Below the pieces are notes generated by a model, which saw only the letters and a list, made by a program, of their open reading frames with translations, did not search any database and was not told the origin of the DNA. 64,000 nt of DNA, from positions 40,920,001-40,984,000 of the forward strand of contig CM022665.1 in assembly GCA_012295275.1 (NCBI GenBank), read 5' to 3'. Position numbers and translations under genes: made by a program. How positions within the stretch are numbered: the stretch's first letter is position 1; each line of letters begins with the position of its first letter. Below are positions 53,186-64,000 of the stretch, piece after piece. This DNA is from Chrysomallon squamiferum (Eukaryota > Animalia > Mollusca).

Positions 53186-54394
53186 TGTGGTGGTCAGTTT
53201 CATTAAAATACTGTTGATGTTGAGGACAGCACAAACTGCGTAGGCTGAGAGAGTGTAAATGTCTTGAAAGGTGTTCTGCTAGGAATGTTTATTAGATTTT
53301 GTTTAATGAAGTGAAATTCATCAGAGTGAAGGTTGGTGTCAAACAGAATTAGGTGAGTACCCTTATTCTGTAATTCGACTAGCAAATATAGATATATATA
53401 TATTTGTCTATTTATAATACTCTCTCGTTTTAGAGGTCATTAGCTAACTGATGTTAGTTACTCTATTATTTTTGTCGTCATAATTATCATCTTCATCATC
53501 ATCATCTTTGTTATTATTTTTTTATTTGTCTCTCTGTCTACCTATGTATTTTTGTATCTATTTATCTATTTAAATTATTTATTTATTTATGCATTTATGC
53601 ATTCATTTAAAAAAACAATACGTTTTTCTCTTTTTTTTTAGATTTTCTGTCATTTTTCTTTTTATTATTATTATTTACATCAATTCTTTGATAAGAAAAT
53701 TTGAAAGGTTTTCAGTATTAAATGATCTAATAATAAGATATATGGTTTTTTCTTCAAATTTTATTTTTATTTTTTAATTATGTAGGGTGCAAACAGAGAC
53801 CACATACATTTTTATTTTCATTTGCATCTGTACATTAACTACTATCTGAGAGTTTGTGTGTACAATTTGACTAAAGTCTACACTGAACAAGAACAGTCAA
53901 AATGATTATGACTGTATTTTATTGTCTGTGCAGTAACATGAAATTCTTCATGTTGATATAATCTTCTGTAAGCAATATATAAAAGTTTGTGAAGTTTTCG
54001 AATGTGTTTTTAAAAGACACAAAATGACCAGTAATGTTTGGAAGAATCAACAGTCATAGAGAGTTTGTTTGTTGTCTTTCATTTGAATGATTGTTTTCAT
54101 TAATTTCAAAACAAATGAAAAATATTTCTTTTTCATTTGGTGCAGTTACATGATAGTGTCAACATTCAACTAAGTGGAACATTTTCATTTTATTTCCAAA
54201 CCTAAATGTTCTGACTGTAATAAAAAAAAAAAAAAGAAGAAGAAAAAAAAGCAAGTTAGGAAATGAAAGAGTAAGAAATTGATATCTGAAATTACTTCAG
54301 TGAGTAATCACAATTTTATGGCTCATTCTGTTGATGGGAAAAACAATTGAATCTTTTTAAAGAGTTTTCTACATGCAGACAATATCAATTGTCT

Positions 54395-54620
54395 GAGTGA
54401 GTTTTTTGCCTTAAGCCTAACAGTTTCTGAGATCAGAACATGGTATTGGCTCCTTTCAGAACTAACTGGAGAAGTGCGAGAGAACTAGATTTTTTATTTC
54501 TCTCTACAGTATCTTCTAACATACTAACTCTAATGGTTTAGTACAGGTAACATAAATTCCTGGATTGTGTTACCAAGATGTGTGTGCTTGAACCATAGTT
54601 GATGTAAGCCCATTTTATAT
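54395..54620 (+). mobile_element. Remnant of a second SINE family
   Basis: catggtattggctcc...cagaac / ttctctct...ctaac..actaact / gtgtgcttgaacc.ta.ttgat.taagc resembles a recalled gastropod SINE. This is from recollection only. Confidence 0.4.
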
Positions 54621-56216
54621 GGTCAACCAGTTGATAGAGGAAGATAACTAAAATTAATTTGGTTTGTTGTTGTTTGTTTGGTTTTTGGTTTTTTTGTTGT
54701 TTTTGAATTTACTTTATTGCAGATATCCTGGTTCTTTGTAGCCTGTTATTACTGTCTGTGACATTCATTTATTTTTTTTGTATTAATTTAAAGAAGTGAT
54801 TTGTTTTCATCAATAGATGTATGAATGAAAATTTTGATTAACAGTAGTTTTATATTAAAAGAGATCCAATAAGGTTTATTATCATTAGCATTAACAGTTA
54901 CGGCTTTCAAAATAGATGAATATGAGAGAGAAAATTCTACCATCAGAATGTTACTTTTATTAAGATAAGAAAATACATATATTTATTTTCTTTGTCCAAT
55001 TTAATGGTTCAAGCATATTCATCATAGTCAATAAACAGTCGATGGTGTACTAGTCCAATTATGTTTAAGTTTCTTTTTGTGTCTTATAATATTAATAAAC
55101 AGAAACAATAATAATGTGATTATTCTAAAAAATATAAAAAAAGAATTTTTTAAAGAGTTTTAGATTATGCATTATTTTGTAGTATAATTTCAAGGTAAAA
55201 AAAAAGTTATTTTGATTTTGTAATTATCTATAAGACTGGTTTGTTGGGTTTTTTTAATTTTATTTATTTTTTTTTTTTGTGTCTGGAACTCAAGACAGAT
55301 ATATATTTGAACTTTTATCAGACAAAACGGAAATCAACATGAAGAAATTGTAGGTTAAAGAAGAATAAATTTGTAATTGCTGGAAGTCACAGTAGATATT
55401 TATTGACCATTCATTAGAAAATGAATAAGAAGTAAATAAATGGAGAAAAAGCAAGAAAAAAAATTATAATTCTGAGAATAAACATGACTTGATCTAAACA
55501 AAAACTTTTTAATTTATTTATTTATTTATTTTTTATTTTGTTGAGGAGATAAGGCATCATCGAAACAAAATTAATTTTAAAATATTTCTTTCCCTCTTTC
55601 TAAATAATTTTTTAAATACCAAATCATTTTCAATCTTTATTTTTTCTATTTCTCCTTTTTTTTTTTTTTTTCTTCTGAATCTTCATTAGCAACAAATTGA
55701 TTGAGATGGATTTTATTCCCCGTCTTCTTTAGTGGTTTTAAATTTTTAAACCTCTTTTTCAAAACCTTTTTTTCTCATCTTATCTTTTTTTTTTTAACCT
55801 TTTTTTTTTCTTACCTTTTTTCTATTTTCTCCATTTCACTCTAATTTTTTTTGTTTAAGTCTATTTCTCATATCACCAGGCACCAATTAACATTAGCCTG
55901 GTGTCAAGATGTTTTTCATAGGCTTCGTTGTTTGCAGTGTTTACTCAACTGGAGACCTATTCATGTCACACTAACCTTGGGGCTATGTAATGGCACCCAT
56001 ATGACAAGGACGATGTGCGATGAAAAATCGACAAAAACACCAGTGCGTGAAAAACATTGTAAATACAGATGTAACATGTTGGAATGACAGACCAGTACTG
56101 AAACATCGTGCAGCACCAGTCTTTATGTCACATATCTGTTTTTGTGTGTTTTATTTTTTATTTTTTTTATTTTTTCATCTCTTTCTATTCTCCCATTTTC
56201 CTGTATGTTTGAAGTT

Positions 56217-56257
<41 letters not shown>

Positions 56258-57569
56258 CTCTCTTCTTTCTTCTCCTGATTTCATTTCTTTTTTATTTTTT
56301 TTTTCTATTTCTCTTATTTTGGCATCCATTTTTCTCTTCTTTCTTCTGTTGTTTTTTGTTGGGTTTTTTTCAGTTTATATTCTTTTTTCTACACCTTTTT
56401 TTGTATATTTTCTTCCATTGTTCTCTTATTTTCTTCTCTCTCTCTAATTTTTCTGGGTCTTCTAAGGTTTTGGGTATCAATCACACAAATAACCATGAAG
56501 AAGAAAATCATTTTCTAAGTGATCCATTTGTTTGAACAACTGTTTGGATTATCCTTACTTTTTTTTCTTGTTTTTTTTTCTTTTTTAAAGATTGAAATAT
56601 TTTTGTTCTGTTTGGCAGTTCATGATGTACTTTGTGGCTATTTGCAGATTTTATTTAAAAATAAAAAAAATAATACAATTTGTTTTTTGCTTTTTCCAAA
56701 TCTATTTAAGATATTGCATTGGGAAATGAAACCAATATTAAACATTAGTTTCTTTCTTCTTAATTTTTTCTTTCTTTCTTTAATTTTTTTCTTCTTTTAT
56801 TTTTACATAATTACATTGTTTGAATCTATTTTTATTTTATTTTATTTATTAATTTATCTGTCTGTCTATCTGTCTCTCAATTTATTTATTTATTTATTAC
56901 TGTTGTTTTTTAAAGATGTTATAATTTCCTTTCTTTTTTTTTTTTTTTTTTTTTTTTAAACTAAACTGGGTTTGTTGGTTTTGGGTTTTTTTTTAATTCC
57001 TTATAAGCAGACTTTATCTTTTAACTATAAATATCTCAGAATTATGCAAAATCCACCCCAATCTCCATCATAAAATTACTTAATAGTAATCAGATATGCT
57101 CTAATAGGGCCAATAAATGAAACAAACGTAAAACTTTAACTATTTATGTGTTTAATCACTGTTGATTCAGATGAAGACTGTGAATAATGAACTTTATCAT
57201 TATGACATATTGTCTAAATCTGTGATGGGCTGTAGACACAAGCATTATAGAGAGCAGACTTAATATGACAGCTTAATGCATACAAGTATGTTATGTGGGA
57301 GAGAATGAAGCAGGTTTACCTGTGTCTGTTTAAAGGTCACTTTGATACAGATAACCAAGAGGTGTCTTTTGAGATGATAATAATAAAAAATGTAAAATTT
57401 TTAAAAATCAATGTTTATTAGGTAATTAATTGTTAATATTTGGCTAAATCTGTTTGAAATAACAGAAAGATTACCAATTTGATACGGCTTTGCATATGTG
57501 AGTTCGTGTATGTGTGAATTTTGTGTGTGTGTTTGTATTTTACATATGAAATATGTTTTATGTATCAAC

Positions 57570-57571
<2 letters not shown>

Positions 57572-57621
<50 letters not shown>
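57572..57621. repeat. (GT)n microsatellite
   Basis: Directly visible. Confidence 0.99.
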
Positions 57622-57624
<3 letters not shown>

Positions 57625-58775
57625 ATATATTAATATAACCTTGTTCATGTATGTATCTATGTGTGTGTTTGTGTGTGTGTGTGTTTTATGTGTGTTTTAT
57701 GTGTGAATGTATGTTTGGACATTTGTGTGTGTATATTTTATGTGTAAAGTGTTTCTGTGCATCTATGTGTGAGAGTGTACTTGGTATTACATAAGTTTGT
57801 TTGTCTTGTAATTAAGAGTGTATGTTTGTATGTCTGTGTGATACATATACATCTACATATAATTCTTCTATATACATTTATCCATACAAATGATACCAAA
57901 AATTAACATATTTAATTCATAATGGATTGTTTTCAATTTCACTTTAATTGTTATAGAAGGTGAACTGAATAACACTCGCTAGTATTATTAAAGCAACAGA
58001 ATTTTATGATTTAGTTTTTTCTGACAAAATGACAAACACAGACAGTGACTGTTATCATGTGTCATCATAATTATCTTCTTTTAAAAAAAAATTAAAAGTT
58101 AAGTTTATATATTTACTTACTTACATCTAGTATTCCAGTTTACAGTGTTAAAGAATAAATTACTGTGGTTGTAATCTCCTCTAAAAAGATTAAAGAATCT
58201 ATAGTATACATATTCACATTCATATATTTAGTTTTTTGTTGTAAAATACATAGACAATTAATTACAAGTTCTTTATTATATTTATTATTATTATTATTAT
58301 TATTGTTATTATTATTATTATTATTTATTATTGTCATTATTATTATGTATCTTCTAAAGTATTTGAATATCATATTTTAGATTTTTTTTTTTTTCCAGTG
58401 GATTTATTGTATAAAACATAAAACACAATAATATTGATTTTTTTTTTTTTTTTCTTCTTACAATCTCTTCATATTGAAAACATATTATAAATGTAATTTC
58501 AGCTTACAGCATTTTGACATCAATCGCTGCACACAAAAAGAAAGAACAACAACCAGATGAAGGGATGGAAAAATAAAAATACAGTGTTAATAATCTACTT
58601 ATGATGACCCTGATGGTGGACATTTTTCATTGATTAATTTGCCAATACCTTGTCCATTCACAGAGTGTTGACGCGATTTCGAATTGTCCGTAGGATCTTG
58701 GCTGATCTGAACTGCAGCGTTTCTAGATTTGGTGACAGCCAACTGTAGTGGACATGTAATGCTGGGAAACTTAAA

Positions 58776-58790
58776 CCACCAGGGGGCAGT
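58776..58790 (+). promoter_or_regulatory. CTCF consensus motif CCACCAGGGGGCAGT upstream of the GPCR
   Basis: Essentially a perfect match to the CTCF core consensus. It lies within a locally CpG-retaining patch (~58660-58860) in otherwise very AT-rich DNA. Confidence 0.6.
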
Positions 58791-59576
58791 TTGAGTCGGA
58801 GATATCAGAAAGTAATTAAATACCTTCGTGTGTTGCGGATTACAACTTAGCCTGTTTGGGAGGCTTCATCTCATTTTCTGATGTTTCTGAACTAATGTTT
58901 GTTTTATCAGCTTGTTCCTCTCCACAAGAATAAGTAAACATACACACTGAAAGTTTCTTTGGTCAGTAGGGAAGAATGTTTTAATAGTGTTTTAATGAAG
59001 CTGGTGATCTCTTTTATTGATGTGCTGTTTTCTGTTAATGTCAAACATTATTAAGGAATTGTTAAAACGCTTCTTTGTACACAAAATGAGATAAAAATGG
59101 CTAGACAAAACGTGCAGATCTGTTTCATCTTGACAAAAAAACTTGGATTTAACGAGTTAGCTGCAAGATAAGTAGACAGTCAGAATGTTTAATATGTGAT
59201 TAACTTACACATTAAGAAAGAGATCAATACATGTGGATTGGAAAAAAATTAGTGTTTATGTGAAAAAGAATAGTGCAACCAGCATACACCTGATATGACT
59301 TTAACAATGCAGTGTGCGCTGATTTGAACATAATGTGAATTCAAACTGTTTTTTATTTCTGATGACAGAGAGCAACTTGCAAAAAGCTGTTGCCACCAGC
59401 CCTATATTATTAAAAAAAAAATGTCAGAAATAACAAAAAGATATTTGCAGAAGTCATTGTTTGAAATAAAATAAGTGTTTCAATGTTGTGTGGAAACTGA
59501 GAAAAAAGAAAGAAGAGAAAACGATAAAAAGAAAGATACGAAATCTTAGAAGTGATTATAAATTCTCACGTGTGCC

Positions 59577-60644
59577 ATGGTGCTTTTTAACATTTCTGCA
59601 ATGAATATGTCGGAGCTGTACGACAACCTCACAAACTCCACGCATGAACGAGCAGGCCCATCGGCGACAGCGCTGCACGTCGGAGCCACGGTCATGTTGT
59701 TTGCCCTCATGTGGGGTGTCTTCGCCAACGTTCTCACCATGATCGTCATCCTCACCGAACGGGACTTGAAAAACATCACCAACATCTTCATCGTCAGCCT
59801 GTGCATCAACGACATCCTCAACCTGGGCATCAACAATCTTCTGGTGCTCGTCTCCTACTTCATGATGACGTGGGCCACAGGGTCGGTGGTGTGCGAGATG
59901 GTCACTCACTTGTCCGTTCTGCTCATGGGGTCGTCTCTGTGGCACACCGGACTAGTAGCCATACACCGGCTCATTGTGGTGGTTTTCAATCCTTTTTACA
60001 AGAAAATCTCCAAGAATGCCTACACAGTGTTTGTCTTGGTGTTCGCCCGCGTCGTACCGCTTCTCTTTTTAATTCAACCATCTCTCGGCTACATGTCCCA
60101 TTACGAACCAAAACTACTTCGCTGCATAATCAAAAAAGGTTTTGGACTCTACACGATGTTCGTCAGTGTTGCCCTAATGATGCTGCCTTCGTTAATTTTA
60201 ATAGTCTGCTACATCGCCATCTTCGTCAAAGTTCACCACTCTTCAAGTGCTTTCCGCACGAGTCGAAAAAGAGAATGGCTTCGACGGGAAATTCAAATAA
60301 CCAAAATGTTTGGGATGGTATTTTTGTTAATCATTATTGGTTATTTACCTTACGGAATTGTCCGTAGCATAGACAAAGGACTGGATTTCAGTGCAGACTT
60401 TTATGTTGCCATAACAGTGTTTTTTGCTGTAGCAAACAGTTGTAATCCAATCATATATGGGGTAATGGATCGCAAGATTCGGAGAGCCTGTTTCCGAGCT
60501 CTGGGACTTGAAGAACGGTGTATGACAGCTGAAGAGAAGACGAAGATGAGAAAATGTTCTCTGAAATCAAATGGCGAAAGCCAGGCAGTGAGTGAAGCCA
60601 GGACTGAAGCTGTGCCTCTAAATTCTCAGAGCACAAAAAAATAG
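59577..60644 (+). CDS. Class A (rhodopsin-like) GPCR with intronless CDS, Moody/Tre1/GPR84/melatonin-receptor-like orphan, 355 aa
   Basis: Only long ORF in the window, with a strong Kozak context (gtgccATGG). It has seven hydrophobic segments and four N-terminal N-glycosylation sequons (N5, N10, N17, N20). Class A motifs: TM1 'FANVL', TM2 'SLCINDIL', Cys at the top of TM3 (VCEM) and in ECL2 (LRCII), TM3 end 'AIHRL' (DRY position), TM5 'P...IVCYIAIF', TM6 'REIQITKMF...GYLPYGIV' (like the ITKM...YLP segment of Moody), TM7 'NPIIY', and helix 8 with a Cys. Confidence 0.96.
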   Translation: MVLFNISAMNMSELYDNLTNSTHERAGPSATALHVGATVMLFALMWGVFANVLTMIVILTERDLKNITNIFIVSLCINDILNLGINNLLVLVSYFMMTWATGSVVCEMVTHLSVLLMGSSLWHTGLVAIHRLIVVVFNPFYKKISKNAYTVFVLVFARVVPLLFLIQPSLGYMSHYEPKLLRCIIKKGFGLYTMFVSVALMMLPSLILIVCYIAIFVKVHHSSSAFRTSRKREWLRREIQITKMFGMVFLLIIIGYLPYGIVRSIDKGLDFSADFYVAITVFFAVANSCNPIIYGVMDRKIRRACFRALGLEERCMTAEEKTKMRKCSLKSNGESQAVSEARTEAVPLNSQSTKK

Positions 60645-60737
60645 TTATAATAACTGATACAGCTGTGACTGAAACTGTGCCTCTCACTCAATCTTTTCTC
60701 TGACATTTAAAACTTGGGTACAAGAGAAGCCCATGTG

Positions 60738-61060
60738 GTTATTTTCAGAATTTGAAACTCTGGTGATTTTCAGATTTTGAAACTCTGGTGATTTTCAGAA
60801 TTTGAAACTCTAGTGATTTTCAGATTATGGAACTATGGTAATTCTCACAGAATAGAAATACAATAATTTTCAGAGAATGGAACTCTGGTGATTTTCAGAT
60901 TATGGAACTATGGTAATCTTCAGACAATGGGACTATGGTGATTTTCATATTGAGGAACTATGATGATTTTCAAACAGTGGAACAAGGGTGACTTCAAAAT
61001 TAGAAAGTTACGATGATCTTCAGAAAATGGAACTATGGTGGTTTCCAGATTTGAAACTGT
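60738..61060 (+). repeat. 25-bp minisatellite immediately downstream of the GPCR stop (probable 3' UTR)
   Basis: attttcaga.tttgaaactctggtg at 60741, 60766, 60791 and 60816, then degenerate copies. Confidence 0.93.
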
Positions 61061-64000
61061 TGAGGTGAATCTTTGGCTTTAGGAAAATTTAAATTTTAGT
61101 TTTTGGAACTATGTACTTAATTTGTAGGTAATGAAATTGGTTTTGGGAAATTTAGCTTTAGAAACCATGTTGTGAATTTCAGTTCGTGGAACTGCAGAAA
61201 TTTTTAAATTATAGAATACTGTAGAAAGTAGTTGATTTCCACTGCTGAATTTCAGTTATCTTCTGTATTTGTTAGGATAGATGCCTAAGGAATATTTAAG
61301 ATTTCTATATTTCATGGAATATTGAAAAAAAAAAAAACTTAATACAAATATAAAAATATTTGATATTTAAAGATATTTATACCCCTAAAGAACTTGTTAA
61401 TTATTCTTAATGGACTGATGTTATTTGGAAACTGCAAACATTTAGTATTCTTGAAACATACAAAAATGTAAAACACAAATTTGAACTAAAGCCAAAAATT
61501 GTCCTGAAGGAAAATAGTCTGAAATGATAGGAATGAACACAGTCAATAACATAGTAAGGAAATAGAAAGCTGGCAGAAATTTCACCAAGTCAGAGTGAAG
61601 AATAAAACAAATGGTACAGAATGAAGATAGGATAGTAAAGCAGCAGTGAAATTATCTTAAATTAAGAATTTTAAATAATGATACAAGAACAGTGTTGATT
61701 ACAGAAAGGGAAAAAGACAGGAATAGGATGTCTGTTAAATCTTTTACAAAATATAACAGAGTGCCATTACTAGAAATAACACTTGATTTAAACTGTTCTG
61801 AAATGGATTAGGAATATGACCAAGAAAGCAAGAAAATAGAATGAACTATTCTGAAGTCAACTGAAGCTGGCTTAGAAGTTTTCATTCTCTGTGTTTTTTA
61901 CAGGATTAAAACACAAACTAAATATGAAAGTGGCAGAGGTTTCATATTTTTCATATTATTGAAAACGTGATGCACTGGGCCAAAACAGAAATAATAATAC
62001 AGCTTTAATTGTTCTAAACGAAATCAGTTATGAGCTGAAGTTAGATCTTTTTTTTTTCTAAAATACCCTGAAATAAAAGAAAAGAGGATTATTGATGCAT
62101 GCAGTAGAAAATGAAGCCAGGACTGAAGCTATAATTGTTCAGAAAATGATAAGAATGAAATCAGCGTTATAGTTGGCTCCAAAATAGAAACTGAAATTCT
62201 TAGCATATGCAGCAAGAACTGATTATAATTAAAGCTAAGTGAGGTAAAGAAAACTGCAGTGGTATAGACACTGGAATTAAAGTTTATATTCTGATACTGC
62301 AGCAATGAAAGATTATTGCTAAATTGAATTACTTGAACTGAAGGTGAAAGATGGTTATTATTATTAAAAGTAAGTAAGCAAAACAAACTTGAGTTCTGTA
62401 GATACAAACTCACAGAGGAATTGAAGTTTAAATTCTGTTTCTACAGCAGTGAATGATTATTTTAATGTGAATTACTGAAAATAAAGGAGAAAGATTGTTA
62501 TTGAAATTAAGTTGTAAGAAATAGTTTGGAATATTTTATTTCAATAAAAAAAAAATTAAAATCAAAGATAAAAGTTAAAAAAAACAAAAACAGCATGGAA
62601 ACAAAATATTATGTTTTCTTCATGAGCAGTGATATGTAAGATAAATTGAAAAGAAAGTTCTTTTTTTATATTTATCTATATATATCACTTAAAGTAATTT
62701 GTCTTGGAGATTGATGAGTTATGGTTATGAAGTGAAGATACTGAAAAACATTAAATTTTATAAATAAAAATTGAAATGTATTATTGCTGCTTGGGGATAA
62801 AAAAATATATTTTTGTTTATTTTAATTAAGTATAAAGAGTGTTTTTGTTGTTTTTCATTTTTTTTTTGGGTTTTTGTTTTTGTTTTGTTTTTTTAAAAAG
62901 AAATGGATTATTTATTCATCAATTAATATAAACAGGAGCTGATTTTCACACAGACATTTAAGATTAATATTTATATATATAATATATATATATATTTTTT
63001 AAATATCCAATTAAATAATTTTAACAAACAAGTAAAAAAACAAAGCAACTACATTACATATAATAAAGTTACACTAAATGCCACATTAATGATTCACATA
63101 AAGAGCTTTTACTAACAACCAGTTCCTGAAAATAATACTTTTCAAACATCTGCGAAAAAACAGTACCCTACAAACTATTTGAATATATTAAATCCTACTA
63201 TCTGTTTGGAAATTATTACTGTAAAGGTAAGATCAGTTTGCATGCAAAACACTAAGTTAAAATGGTCTCATTCTGTCAGACCGTAATTATACAGTCAATG
63301 CAAACATGTAACCACAAGCACCGACATCAGGAAGTGACACATTCGTGTTGTTCCTGTTCTTAGCTTATCAAATGTACAGGGGCACACAACTGAGATACTG
63401 CTTTTGGCACCCAATATACAAAGCACCAGACCTGCATACACAGTTAAGTAAAATCACTGAAGGTATTTCGACTGGGTTTGTCGAAATGTTGTTTTGTCAT
63501 TGTTAACAATGTTACAGAAATAATAACAGTCAGTGACTGTTTGTGTATGTAACTGTGATACATTCATGTCTGTGCTTAATTATGTTGAAATAAATAATAA
63601 AATATTTATCATTCTGTTCAGTATTTATTTATCCGTTTGTTTGTTTGTTTTGTGCGATGGGGACCTGAGTTTGGGGTTGTTCTTTTTTTTGTGTTGTGCC
63701 AGAAGGCAAATAATTTATTATTATTATTAGCCAGGATTGACAGAACAATCATTTTGAAATTTATTAAAATGTATTTATGCTATTTAATCATCCTACAGCT
63801 ATAGTTTAATAAGGAACAAATACTGTTTTCAAACCATATATTATTTTATTATAACATGTGTTACATATTACCACTGAATTATAAATGTTATTCTAATTTT
63901 GATTATTCTTTTCTAAGGAAAAAAGCATTTATAAAATAAATAAACAATCATTTTGGAAAAATAACTAATAAATAAAAATGAATAATAAAATAAAATGGAT

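Noticed and set aside
60400-60460. GPCR as an opsin
   Set aside because: The position equivalent to rhodopsin K296 is Ala (FFAVANSCNPIIY).
59546-60687. Overlapping ORFs 59546-59836(-), 59556-59945(-), 59711-60367(+) and 60451-60687(-)
   Set aside because: Shadow ORFs arising from the codon bias of the GPCR. No recognisable domains.

Overview
AT-rich, CpG-depleted eukaryotic (animal) genomic DNA, almost entirely non-coding. Recalled similarity of the SINE remnants suggests a mollusc, probably a gastropod, but this is not a database result. The only credible protein-coding gene is a 355-aa class A GPCR of the Moody/Tre1/melatonin-receptor-like group, with an uninterrupted CDS at 59577-60644 (+). 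A near-perfect CTCF motif lies ~790 bp upstream of it. The rest is microsatellites, homopolymer runs, many local minisatellites and tandem duplications (48-bp array, 147-bp higher-order array, ~150-bp arrays), tRNA-derived SINE remnants and decayed transposon fossils (non-LTR 3' end, Tc1-like transposase, possibly Helitron). The most striking unexplained structure is a ~263-bp, ~99%-identical inverted repeat pair 27 kb apart (6968-7230 / 34385-34646) embedded in much more diverged homologous flanks, suggestive of recent gene conversion or an inversion. I cannot support a new multi-gene system here. Nearly all other ORFs in the track are low-complexity artefacts.
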